NCBI GenBank assembly: GCA_965603825.1
Contig: CBFDEM010000044.1
Location: 248,001-312,000 of the forward strand
Direction: 5' to 3'
From: Blepharisma stoltei ATCC 30299
Lineage: Eukaryota; Protista; Ciliophora
DNA: 64,000 nucleotides
Shown here: positions 9,983 to 21,265 of the stretch, piece by piece
Numbering within the stretch: position 1 is the stretch's first letter
How the letters are laid out: every line of letters starts with the position of its first letter
Program-made: the position numbers and the translations under genes
Notes under the pieces: generated by a model
Seen by the model: only the letters and a program-made list of their open reading frames with translations
Databases searched by the model: none
Told to the model about the DNA's origin: nothing

Positions 9983-12949
9983 TTAAATTGGACTTTTATC
10001 ACCAACTGGCTTAAAATATGAAGCTTCTCCAGTTGAGAAAGATTGCCTCAAAGGGCAACGATAAAACATTCTTCTTAAGCTTGTAGGTGTTTCAACTGAA
10101 AAGCTAAGTGTTTGATTTATCAAATTTTTGATTTCAGCAAAACTTGTTTTTGATAGTGGTTTCTCATCAAACTGAATTGATTCCTGCAGTTCCATAAATT
10201 TATGGATTCATTCTCCTAGTAATTTATTTAATTTTTTGACCTCAATCTGTTTTCTTGCAAGCTCTTTTTCACATCCAATTTTTAGCTCAGAGAAAAACAG
10301 TTTCCACCTGTCTCTTTCTTGTTTTTGGGCCAAAATTATTTTTTGTTCAAATTCTTTTAATAATTTTTGGTATGTAATTGATTGATTTTTATTTACTTCA
10401 TTGCTTCTTTTTAGTTCAGTATTATATAGTCTCTGCATTTCTAGACTGGTTTCCAATGCTTTAGTCTTCATTGCCAGATTTGATGGTTCTAAAGAATCAG
10501 TGTCTACATAAGAGCCACAAATAGACAGTTCAGGCGTTTTTTCTCAATGATCAGGAAATACTCTTACACTGCCTCTTGGAGCATACATATTTTTAGATGA
10601 AGGTCTTGGGGTAAAAGGTTTAAGAATGATAGGTTTTGGGACCGCCAATGTATCTGGTGTCTTTGCTGCGCTTGAATCTATTTTTTCAGATAATTTAACA
10701 ATGTGAAGAAATGAGTCATGAAGATAGTCGATCATTTCTTCTAGAGATTTAATTTGTTCTTGTTGGTGCTTGCATAAATTTCTTTTCATTTCATGCTTGG
10801 TGTTAATTAATTCTAATTTTCATTCTAATGAATAAATTGATCTTGCCATGTTGGAGTTTATTATGCTGGCTTCAATAACTTGATTTTTTAGCTGAAAAAT
10901 TGTAAAATCTTTGCTTAATTCAGTATTTTCTTCTACAGCATTTTTGATCTCGTCTGTATAATTGTTAGATGCCAACAATTTTTCTTGATCTATTGAAATA
11001 AACTTAGCTGTCGTTGAAATACTAATGTCTTCAAATGATGCGTCTGCGTCTGAGACTGTATTTAAAGTATTCCTGGCATTAGTCTCTAATGCATCGTTAA
11101 ATTCAATACAAGTGCTTTCCTTCATATTTCTTGCGTTTTCAATAAAGGTTTTATATTTGTCATCCAAATCTTGCAAAGCATGCGTTAGTTTACTAATTTG
11201 AAGTGCTGCCTGCTCATTTTGCTGCTTTAAAAACCTATTTTCTTCTGAATCTTTATTTATCATCAGCATGCTTTTATGATAATGCTCATAATATTCATGA
11301 GCTTTTTGTTCAGCTTTAAGCTGCTTTTCAATAGCTTTTGCCAATTTTTTTTCCAAGTCATTTATTTTTTCAGAATGAAGACTGTTTTCTGTTTTTAACT
11401 TTTTTATTTTCTTTTTATGACTCTCTTTTTCCCTTTCACACTTTTCACAATTAAAAGGAATTTTTTCAATTCCAGGGCTTGGAATAGAATAATCAGATTT
11501 TTTATCTTGTGGCAATGAAAATGATGCTTGCAGAGAGTCCCCTTCATATATTGAAAATGGATTCTTCTTTGATGACTCTTCTGTTGAGGTCCTTAGATCA
11601 TCAAGAGAAACCATGACTTTTAAGTCTGAGCCTGAGTTTGGTCTTTTATGCTTTCCTCTTGGAGTTTCTAAAGGCTTGTAAGTCTTTGAGCGACTTGGTG
11701 GGGATTGGCATAAGCTTGATCTGGTGTCTGTGCAAGATGTAGCTGAATCTCTCTCTGCTCTAAGTGCTTGGATTTCGCTTTTTGCTAAACTTAATTCAAG
11801 CCTTAATTGTTCAATAATAAGATTGATGCTGTCAGGAGAATTTTTGATATTTATAGAAACTTTGTTTTGGATGTTTTTAGCTCTCATAGCAAACCGAAGA
11901 GTGTTTAATGTTTCTTCTTGTGACCTTGGAGAAGGCGAACAAGCCACTATGAGGGTAGTTTTATAGTTCCCTCCTAGTGATTCTTGAAGAAGTCTTGTCA
12001 ATTTTGAGTCTCTATAGGGAATATGATCCGAGTTTGATATGAGTGCATGAATCACATTACCAAGCGCTGACAAGGAAAGGTTAATTTTTTTGGCTTCTTC
12101 GAGCTTATTTCCTGTCACCCCTGACCTATTAACATTTTCACTTCCAGCTAAATCAACTAAATTTAATTTCCCTTTTTTCTCACTGTCATTTGGCAGTTTT
12201 TGGTTAACTTCTGTTATAAAAAGCAGATGGGACCTAGAAGATGTATTATTCAGTCTTGTTGATGCAACTGTTCTCATTTGTTCACCTAATGCTAAAACCT
12301 CAAGCATGTCTTTTTCAGAGGTTATACATACTTCAGTTAGTCCATGTACGTATATTCCTCGTCTTGGGCATTGCTTAATTTTAAGATTTACCTGCTGGGC
12401 TTGTAATAAGTCCCTCAAATTTTCTTTATATATTTCAAGCATTGAGCATTTTAATATATACTCCACTTCTCCAAAATCTGAATTAACCGCTTCAAAAATC
12501 TGAGACGCGGCTCTTGGTATGACACCTCTAAATTCTTCATCAAAAATATCTTTTCCCATCATTGTATGGGTTTTCCCTGACCCTGTTTGGCCATATGCAA
12601 AAATTGTGCCGTTGTATCCACTGAGTACATCCTCTATAGTTGGCCTTCCTAAGAACTCGTAAACCTCGCTCTGAGTTGACTGAGAAGAGAAGACGTGGTC
12701 AAGGCTAAAAGTTTCTGGGTCTTTACCTTCTCCTCCTATAGAAACTATTTGATCGGATACAAAAGTTACAAATTGTTTATTTTCAGATAAATTCTATATA
12801 GAGCTTGCCATTTCAAAATCATTTAATGGTCTGAATCGACCAATGACCTTAATTTTGGTGCTTCGTGCTGCATTTTGACTTGGAGATAGATCTGAGGTCT
12901 TTCTAGGTGTTGCAGGAATTGTCAAATGTTTGACTTTTTTGGTTGACAT
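9983..12949 (-). CDS. Kinesin (N-terminal motor, kinesin-1-like; about 983 aa; GC-AG intron 12794-12808)
   Basis: MSTKK...IKVIGRFRP, GYNGTIFAYGQTGSGKT, SSRSH, LVDLAGSE, HIPYRDSKLTRLLQESLGGN; downstream ORFs 10789, 10471 and 10195 join in frame through TGA. Confidence 0.92.
12794..12808 (-). other. 15-nt GC-AG intron GCAAGCTCTATATAG
   Basis: Removes an in-frame TAG from the kinesin motor domain; same length and position-10 A as the GT-AG introns. Confidence 0.8.
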
Positions 12950-13312
12950 TTAAGTTTTATAATAGATATTATTAGTTCTGAAATATGAATAAGGCTCAAC
13001 ACAGGTTTTTTTAGAAATTTTTGAAAATCCAGAATTCATGGCATAGATTTGTATATAAATAAATTTTGAGAAGCAATAAAAAAGAGCAAAGCTCGGTAAA
13101 CTGATCATAATTTAATTTGAGGAATTTAGACTATATTCAAACACTTTCAATTGAAAAATAATTTATTTATCAATAATTTTTATAGTTGCTAAAATTGTGT
13201 TATTTTTATCATTAAATAATTTTATGATAAATCTTTTCATAAAAATAAAATAACTATCAAAACCTGTGGCTTTTTATAAATCATTTAGAATTGCCCTTAA
13301 TAAATAATATTA

Positions 13313-14608
13313 ATGGCGAAAAGGCAAGGGTCATCAAAAGAAGAGCTTGTTCTCCTTACGAAACCAGTGTCTTTCGTCAAAGCTTCTGGTAAAGATTCAA
13401 GTGATGAGTCTGAAGACAGCAGCAGTGAAAAAGCAAAGAAAAATAAAGTTAAAGCAAATAAACACACAGTTTTTTCCGAATCCAAAACTAAAAGTAAAAA
13501 GGTCAAGGATTCTTCAAGTGATGAAGAAGAAAAACCACCAAAATCAAAGAAAAAGAAGCAAGAGTCATCTGAAAGTGAAAATGAAGAAAAGAGCTCTAAA
13601 AAAGCTAAAAAATCTAAAAGAAAAAACACTGAAGACTCATCTGAAGAATCAGACACAAAAACAAAAACTAAACCACAAAAGAAAAAAATTATTAAAGATT
13701 CTTCAAGTGATTCTGAAGAAGAAAAGCAGCCTGCTAAAAAACAAAAGAAAAATAAAGCAGAAAGCGATACAGATAGTGACCATAAAGTATTGAAAAAGCA
13801 ACCTGCAAAACCTTTGAAAAAGAAGAAGATAGAAAGCTCAGATAGCGAAGAGGAGCCAATAAAGGCAAAAAAGACCACACAAAAAAATAATTCATTAGAC
13901 AAAAAAGCAAAAGAAGCACTGAAAAATAAGCTTAAAATGGAAATAGAAGAGTCTGATTATTCAAGCAGTGGAGAAGAAAAAAATAAAGCTGCAAAGAAAG
14001 AGACAAAAAAAGTTAAAAAAATCAAAGAAGATTCTGAAAGCGAAGAAGAAAAAATTGTTAAAAAATCCAGAAAGATTTCAGAAGACAGTGCCAGCTCCAA
14101 AGAAGTAAAAACCTCAAAAAATAAAACCAAAAAAAGTAAAAAGGAAAGCTCAGATAGTCAGGAAGAAAAAGTGATAAAGCCAAAAGAAAAAGCCTCTAAA
14201 AAAAGTAAAAAGATAGAGAGCTCAGACAGTGAAGAAGAAGAGAAGCCAAAAGATAAAAAAACTAAAGCCCCTAAATCAGATTCAGAAAGTGAAGAAGAGC
14301 CTAAAACTAAGAGTAAGGACAAAGCATCTAAAACAAAGAAAAAAGAAGAAAGCTCTGAAGACAGTGAAGAAGAATTGCCCAAAAAACGAAAAGGCAGCGA
14401 CATAAAAGAGCCTCAACCAATAAAAAAACCAGAAATCCCAGCTCAGCCTGTTATCCAATCCAAAAACTACGAGCATACAAACTTTAATCCAAACCCAGTC
14501 CATCCAGCAGGCCAAATAAGATATACTCCTATATCCGGAAAACCCAAAGAAAAACTCAGAAAAACAGGCGTGGTTCAGCAATGGGAAGGAATTAAACGAT
14601 ATTTCTAA
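13313..14608 (+). CDS. Lys/Ser/Glu-rich low-complexity protein (possibly nucleolar, Nopp140/SRP40-like composition)
   Basis: 431-aa ORF of alternating basic and SSDSEEE acidic blocks. Confidence 0.7.
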   Translation: MAKRQGSSKEELVLLTKPVSFVKASGKDSSDESEDSSSEKAKKNKVKANKHTVFSESKTKSKKVKDSSSDEEEKPPKSKKKKQESSESENEEKSSKKAKKSKRKNTEDSSEESDTKTKTKPQKKKIIKDSSSDSEEEKQPAKKQKKNKAESDTDSDHKVLKKQPAKPLKKKKIESSDSEEEPIKAKKTTQKNNSLDKKAKEALKNKLKMEIEESDYSSSGEEKNKAAKKETKKVKKIKEDSESEEEKIVKKSRKISEDSASSKEVKTSKNKTKKSKKESSDSQEEKVIKPKEKASKKSKKIESSDSEEEEKPKDKKTKAPKSDSESEEEPKTKSKDKASKTKKKEESSEDSEEELPKKRKGSDIKEPQPIKKPEIPAQPVIQSKNYEHTNFNPNPVHPAGQIRYTPISGKPKEKLRKTGVVQQWEGIKRYF

Positions 14609-14628
14609 AGCTTTACTAAAATTTCTCT

Positions 14629-15273
14629 TTAACTAAATTTCACTTTCTTTGTCGGCTCTGATCTCTCATCTTCATTCAGCTCTTGAAGCGTGAATTTCGC
14701 TATTTTTTTAAATGTGGCCTCATCCAATGCATCAATTCTCAGCTGTAACTTTTCTTCTGGTAAATGATGCAACGCACTTGGGCAGTCTTTTTCTATCATT
14801 TCCACCACTTTTCCTAAAGCTGGGTGGCTGATTTTCTTTAAGCTTTCGCTTAGATCAATTTTTTCTTGTAATTCAATTGTTTGTGAATCTGGCTCAGTTT
14901 TGGGTCTCTTGACTGGGAGATCAAGAGGAATGCCATGCTGGCTGCAATATCTTTGCATATGCCTTTCCATGATATCGGCTTGATGGTAAATTGGGGAGTC
15001 ACTCATATTATATGTTCTGCAATTGTCCCATATCAGCATTACATCTTGTAAAAATTCTTCAAAGCTGTTGTATCGAGAATTTTTAAGGTTTTTCTTAATT
15101 GTTGAGAGGTCCATAGGCTTCTTGATAATTAGAGGGTAGTCGTCTAAGCCAAGTCCTTTGAAATCGACTGGATGATGAAAATCGAAACTTTCTGGCTGCT
15201 CTTCGAGGAACTTAATTAGTGTTAAGGCTCGATTAGTTTCTTCTCGTGAAAAACCAGGCCTTTTAGTTGACAT
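14629..15273 (-). CDS. Bromodomain plus ET-like domain protein (BET/GTE family)
   Basis: FHHPVD..GLDDYPLIIKKPMDLSTIK...IWDNCRTYN; C-terminal EKIDLSESLKKI...LGKVVEMI...LRIDALD. Confidence 0.88.
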   Translation of the reverse strand: MSTKRPGFSREETNRALTLIKFLEEQPESFDFHHPVDFKGLGLDDYPLIIKKPMDLSTIKKNLKNSRYNSFEEFLQDVMLIWDNCRTYNMSDSPIYHQADIMERHMQRYCSQHGIPLDLPVKRPKTEPDSQTIELQEKIDLSESLKKISHPALGKVVEMIEKDCPSALHHLPEEKLQLRIDALDEATFKKIAKFTLQELNEDERSEPTKKVKFS

Positions 15274-15335
15274 ATTACTTTACTTAGCTTTTTGAACTTA
15301 GTCATTAAATTTTGATTTATCTAAGACAGAGTAAA

Positions 15336-16043
15336 ATGGAGCTTCTCAGACTTGAAGATCTCGATCATAGTGGAAGCATCAAAGATGGCTTGCCAAAAGA
15401 AAAAGAGCTAGAGCTCTTAAACGAATCTTTAGTCCTTATCAGAGACATTGGTGAAAAAGCTAGAAGTACCCAAGTTTGTATCGCTACTGCACAAGTCTAC
15501 TTCCAAAAAGTAAAATTCACATAGTTCGCCTATAAAAGGCCCTATAGAAAATTCAATCGCCACTTTATGGCAGCTGTGTGCTTGATTTTAGCTTCAAAAG
15601 CAAACGAGGAGTCTAAACGCTTTGAAGAAATTTGCAAGATTTATATGACTGTTATGAATGAGCATAAAGGTCTTAGAACCCAGCCTGAGGTACCGAGCAG
15701 TGTAATAGAAAAATTGAGAAAACAATTTGTTGAGTGTGAATATCAGCTTTTAATGGAAATTGATTTTCAATTTATAGTCTCAATGCCATATCATCACATT
15801 TCACAGTTCTGCAGAACTTTAAGAGATTTTGAGCCTCAAATCAGAGACACATTTTTAAAAGTGGCTTATAATTTCGCCAATGATAGCTTTCTTACACAAG
15901 TTCCGCTAATCAGGGATGCAAATAGTATTGCATACGCCTGCATATATTTGGCTAGTAAATACATAGAAATAGATGTAAATGTAGACGCGGATCCAGTAGC
16001 AGTTAATTTGATATTGGATCAGTACCAGCAATATAATAGGTAA
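15336..16043 (+). CDS. Transcriptional cyclin (cyclin T/K/L-like); intron 15510-15524
   Basis: IATAQVYFQK|FAY...MAAVCLILASKANE, ECEYQLLMEIDFQF...PY, AYNFANDS cyclin-box motifs. Confidence 0.85.
15510..15524 (+). other. 15-nt intron GTAAAATTCACATAG
   Basis: GT..AG, A10, in-frame TAG; removal gives YFQKF in the cyclin box. Confidence 0.9.
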
Positions 16044-17026
16044 TGATGTGCTTTTCTATTAATTAAATAAATTTAATAAAATTATTAACATATTTCCAAA
16101 ATTTAGCAATGATTAGTAAAACAATTTTAGGTAAGCCAGCGCATAAGGTAGCATTTGTCTAATATTGGATATTGATTTATATAAATCTTTATAAGTAGTA
16201 AACATACAAATAATCCTAAATTTACTTTTACTATGCGTTTCTTAGTATATGAGATTTCTTAAGGACTCCTATCAGCTGACTTGTGTTTCATTGTGGTAAA
16301 AAAATTCACTAGTAAATAATTGTAGATGCAAGCCTTTATATGTGATCTTTTTCTCACACTTTGAGGAATTTCCAAATATGAGATTCTATAAGAAATTTGT
16401 CCAAGAGAGTATATGAAACAACTTAAGATTCATTTTATTAATGTGTTTCTTTTTAATCATCCCTAAATTCATGAAAACTCCAATAATAATTATCTCAAAA
16501 ACTTAATTACCTTATAGATAAGTTAAATTTTTACTAAATAAAGCTTAAATAAGTTTTTATTTAGTTTCTCAAGCATTTTCACAAAAATTCAAAAACTCTA
16601 TTACTAGAGCAAATTATAGACCTGAATTAATGCATTATCTTCTTTCTCAAACTTTTTTACAACTGATGAAATCACAAGCAATAGTATTATTAATTTAAAA
16701 TTTGAATTAAATTAATATTCTCTTTAACCTTTATACAAGATTTCAAATTTTGTAACGCATTCTTACTCACAGGTTTTTTAAATACCATTGAGTATCCCCA
16801 TCTAATAAATGCATTTATATCGGCTAGTGATGTATTAAAATCTATTTTAAAACACAAATATCCCCAACGATATTTCAAAATCATTCTAAATAAAAAATGA
16901 AAACTTTAATCACTAAACAGTATTGGGCTCTCAAATTCAAAGATCTATTTAAGATAATCACATTACACTCGAATTGCTCATTTGATAGCTATAATTTGCA
17001 AAGAAAAAAACATAAATAAACAAAAA

Positions 17027-17371
17027 ATGGTTTACTTGTGTACTTACCCCGAGTGTAAGAAAAGATTGAGCTCTAAATACAACCTGAAAAGACACATAGA
17101 ATGCTGCCATAAGAAAATACGGCGCTTTGAATGCATGGTCTGCTTTAAAAAGTTTTCATCAGCCCAAAATTTAAAGGAGCACATGTTCCTCCACGACGAT
17201 ATACAGCAGCAAGAACAAATTAAAATGCCAGAAAATTACGTTCCAGATCGTAATATTGGCGTCCCTAAACTTACAGATTTAGTCTTTCTTTCCATAGACC
17301 CAGAAATCCGCCCACTGATGAAGGTTATACGTTTATACCCTTATGCACCAGTTACTGTGACTAAAATATAA
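17027..17371 (+). CDS. C2H2 zinc-finger protein (2 fingers)
   Basis: YLCTYPECKKRLSSKYNLKRHIECCH and FECMVCFKKFSSAQNLKEHMFLH. Confidence 0.85.
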   Translation: MVYLCTYPECKKRLSSKYNLKRHIECCHKKIRRFECMVCFKKFSSAQNLKEHMFLHDDIQQQEQIKMPENYVPDRNIGVPKLTDLVFLSIDPEIRPLMKVIRLYPYAPVTVTKI

Positions 17372-17506
17372 CCACTTAAATTTTTAAGAATTTTCAATTA
17401 TAATTCGTTTTTGTGCTTTATTGGATGAAAAATTTTAATCTAGCTTAATTTGTCGATTAATTTAGCATTGCCATTATTAAAGTCTAAAATAACGTATAGT
17501 TTAAAT

Positions 17507-19576
17507 CTATCTGATGCCTTTAGCAAAAAACTCATAAGAAATCACGCCTAGTAGCTTGCCAGAGCTTGTGACATAGATTTGCATAAGTCCCAGCATTAAG
17601 AACAGGTAATGTACTTTTGCTAAAGAAGTAGACTCTGACACTGATAATGGCGCATTATTGAGGCGCAGCAAAGGTGACCTAAAATCGACTTCACTGCTCC
17701 AAAACTTGTCAATTTGCTCTCTTGACTGCTCACTTATGTCGAAAATCACTCCTTCGCCCTTTGGATGTGTAATTTCTCTCGCAATATCTTGTTTTGCTTC
17801 TTGAGATATCCCTTCTGTGTCTAATTCATAGCATGCCGTTAAGTAATTTTTTATACTTGCAATACTAACGTCTGCTATAATGTAGCCTTCAGTGTCAACG
17901 ACTGGAATTCTTGTAAATCCAGTGATGTTTTTAACGGCATCGAGCAAATCTTTTAGAGAGCATGGGTAAATGATAGAAGTTATACTTGTATCCAGCATAT
18001 CTTTTGCATGATATGAGTAGACATCTGAAGCTCTGAAAGCAGGAAGATATGGCAAGCCTCTGAGGCCTAAAAATGCATCATAAATGCTTGTATTCAATGT
18101 AAATCCAATTGTGTAAGCAATCACGCAGCTGATGCACATAGGAATCAGATATTGGATTGAGCCAGTTATTTCAAATACTATAATAGCAACAGAAATTGTG
18201 TGGGTTGCTGAAGCAACTAATGCTGCTGCTCCAACTGCTGAAAAAATCCCTGCTGGAACTGTATCCCCTGTCAGAGATGAAATTTCTCCAAAAAATCTCC
18301 CTACAACTGCCCCGAGTACTAAAACAGGCATAAAAAAGCCAGCAGGTGTGTTAGCACTAATATCCATCCCGCTCAAAAGAAATTTCAAAAAAAATAAAGC
18401 AGCAATCGTGGGGATCGGACTTGATGTTCCCCAAACTCCAGGTGTCCGATAAAGATCGCCAAGTTCATCTGTTCCAAAAAGATGGTTTAGTAGCTTTCTG
18501 TCACTATTTTGGAGCCATGGAATAAAAAACACAAAGCATGCAGTCGTAGTAGCTAAAAAGCAAGCATATCTATATCGTTTATGTAGCCAGGGGATAACTT
18601 TTCTATTCCTATACCAAACAAGCCTTTTTCCAAATTCTACAAATGCTGATCCCATGAATCCGCAAACGACGCCCATAGCGATAAAGAGAAAGATATCAAG
18701 ATTATAGTGATACTTTGGATAGTCAGTTTTTTCTACTAAATCAGTTATCCCTAATAAATGCAGAAGCCAAAATGTTATTGTGCTGACAACTCCACAAAAT
18801 GAGGCTCTCCATAAATTGTTAACAATATAAAATGATGCAGTAACTTCAATGCTAAAAATAACCCCTCCAATTGGCGTTCCAAATGTTGCTGCCACTCCTG
18901 CTGCAACAGATGCTGCCATAATTTGATTTCTGTAAGTCGTATTATTTCTAAGATGTTTTAAAAAGTCTAGAGTTAAAAGTCTATCTGCGACAATTGCTGC
19001 CAAATGAACAAATGGTCCACATCTTCCAATCATAAGTCCTGATCCAAGTGCAAGAGAAAGTCCACACACCTTTGCAAATAGACATTTCCAATTCAAAAAA
19101 TTAGGCAGCTCAACTCCTGCAAGAAAAACTTTAATTTCAGCAATTCCTGCGCCTTCAGCTGCTTGGCTAACATACTCCCCGAAAGACGCTGCACCTAAGA
19201 CAAGAACTATTGCAGTAGAGACCCAAACAAATAAACCTAAAATAGGTTCATCAATATTAAAAGCAATATACTTTCTCCCCATAACCATTTCTTGGCTTGC
19301 TAAGTCTACTATAAATGCTAAAAACGCTGTTATCACTGCAGTCAAAAACATAGCGATCCATGAAGAAAAGCTCAGTACATGAAAATTTGCGATTCAGCTA
19401 TGAATTTTTGATTCTGGTATTGGAGGTTCAAGAAATGTTCTTGCATTTACTTCTTCAATTTTAGTAAAGTAGTCAGTCAATAAATAGTTTTCTCTTGTAT
19501 ATCTCGATCCAACTGGCACTACTTCTTGAACTATTTCACTTCTATCGTCAAGCCTCTGATATGAAGCAGGCTCCAT
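17507..19576 (-). CDS. CLC-family anion channel with CBS domains
   Basis: Starts MEPASY, joined through the TGA at 19394; GAGIAE, GRCGP, FGTPIGGVIFSIEVT, GFFMP, FEITG, SIYD motifs and a C-terminal CBS pair. Confidence 0.92.
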
Positions 19577-19616
19577 ACAATAATATAAGAAATTATTACT
19601 TAAAATTAACTGGTAA

Positions 19617-20126
19617 TTAATTTTGGATAATATTAAAATTGATCCCTCTTGCCCAAAAATATTCTTCTTGTAGCCAAGCCTCGTGCTCACTGATTGGTAC
19701 TAAGTTTTCCTTGTATTCTTCTGATAAAGTTTCTTTGTCTTTTAGCCTGAGCGTGATTGCGATTTTCATGCATATAATTTCAGTGAGGGTTTTAATGTCA
19801 AGCCTTTGTGAAGCAAGCAGAAGTTTGAGCAGAGACTCAATTTCAATCCCTTCGACAAACTCAGCATCCCAAGTATCATATAAGTGACTTACTAAATCTC
19901 CTGAATTTAGATGGCATGAAGCTAGATTTAGAGGTTTGAATTCATGATGCTCTAAATATGTTAGGATAAGTCTTAAGGGCTCATCGTCGATTTCAAGAGG
20001 CTCGAGGTGGATTTGGGATTCATAGTCAGGGCTCTCTTTTAAAGGTTCTGATACGTCTAGAATAGAGATTGGAACTGTAAATACAGTCCCTTCATAAGAA
20101 ACGAGTTGGATTGTTTGTCCCTCCAT
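19617..20126 (-). CDS. Divergent Skp1-like protein
   Basis: IQLVSYEGTVFTV, LRLILTYLEHH, WDAEFV, LLLASQRLDIKTL..IC..IA, EEYFWA. Confidence 0.82.
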   Translation of the reverse strand: MEGQTIQLVSYEGTVFTVPISILDVSEPLKESPDYESQIHLEPLEIDDEPLRLILTYLEHHEFKPLNLASCHLNSGDLVSHLYDTWDAEFVEGIEIESLLKLLLASQRLDIKTLTEIICMKIAITLRLKDKETLSEEYKENLVPISEHEAWLQEEYFWARGINFNIIQN

Positions 20127-20158
20127 TTTATCAAATTTTTATTAGATTTATTTAAGAA

Positions 20159-21265
20159 TTATTCTTTGCTTTTATTTTTGGCCCTTAGTTTCCATTTTCT
20201 TCCGTATAATTTCTAAATAGCAATTACTGCAAAAACAACGCTTCGTATCGGTTTTAATGCTACACATATTTCTTCGTCAGTTGGCTCACTCATAGCTGCC
20301 ACTGTTGGACAAAGTGGATTACAGTCCATGTTTATCCAATGATTTTGCAGTATTTCAAACATTTTTATCCTTGTTTCCGGATTCTTGTCGAGAAGCCTTC
20401 CAATTAAGTATCTCAATTCAGCTGAAATCGGCATACTTGGATCAAATTCCAATTGGAAATTCTGAATTGCTTCAAAAATTCCAGCTAAAGAATCAGCTGT
20501 ATATGGAAGTTTTTTATATACTAGCGCATATAATGTAAGACCTAAAGCCCAAATATCTGCAGCTTTCCCAGAAAAATCTTCCGACTCCGCAGAGCAGCAT
20601 TCTGGAGGGAAAAATTGATAAGTCCCAATAGTTTTGCTTTGTCTATCTGAATCTCCAAAAATTTGAGCTTGTCCAAAGTCTCCGATTTTAACATTCCATT
20701 CATCTGTAAGCAAAATATTTTGAGGTTTTATATCTCTATGGACAATATTGTGAGAGTGCAAATATTCCAATCCACAAACCATGTCTCTAAAAAATTTCCG
20801 AAGCTGCTGTTCTCTAAGAACTCCTGAAGGGTTTCAAGGAAAATAAAATGAGCTCGTGTCAGGGTTTCATTCCATAATTGCTCCTTTTCCACAATAATCA
20901 AGGACCATATACAGCTTATCTCTCTCGTCATCATCAATTACTTCATGCAATTTTACAGCATTGATATGATTAAATTTCTTCATCATAGCGATTTCTCTTG
21001 CAACGTCTTGCATTGCACTTGTTGCTGTCATTTCGCCGTTTTGGTTTCTGTGAAAATCGCGCTTTCTCCGAAGCAGCGCTTTATTATAAATTTTCACAGC
21101 GTATAAATTATTTTCATATTTGCATAATTTGACCTTTCCAAAGGCACCTTCTCCTAAATTTTTAATTAGAGAGTATTGGTTTACGGTTGCATTTCCATCT
21201 TCGTCTAGGCCTCTTTTGACTTCATGTGTTTCTCTTACAATATGTTTGCACTCTTCTTCTTCCAT
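20159..21265 (-). CDS. CaMKK-like Ser/Thr kinase; intron 20213-20227
   Basis: VNQYSLIKNLGEGAFGKVKL, REIAMMKK, HRDIKPQN, DFG, GT..F.PPE, GKAADIWALG; two TGA in the linker; the spliced tail VVFA|KLYGRKWKLRAK is a basic CaM-binding-like helix. Confidence 0.88.
20213..20227 (-). other. 15-nt intron GTAATTGCTATTTAG
   Basis: GT..AG, A10, in-frame TAG. Confidence 0.8.

Noticed and set aside
16044-17026. ncRNA, tRNA, IES or telomere repeats in long AT-rich gaps (also 21266-22208, 43815-44430)
   Set aside because: No cloverleaf, box C/D pair, telomeric repeat or convincing stem was recognised; TA-bounded IESs cannot be called without MIC/MAC comparison; an Infernal search would be needed.
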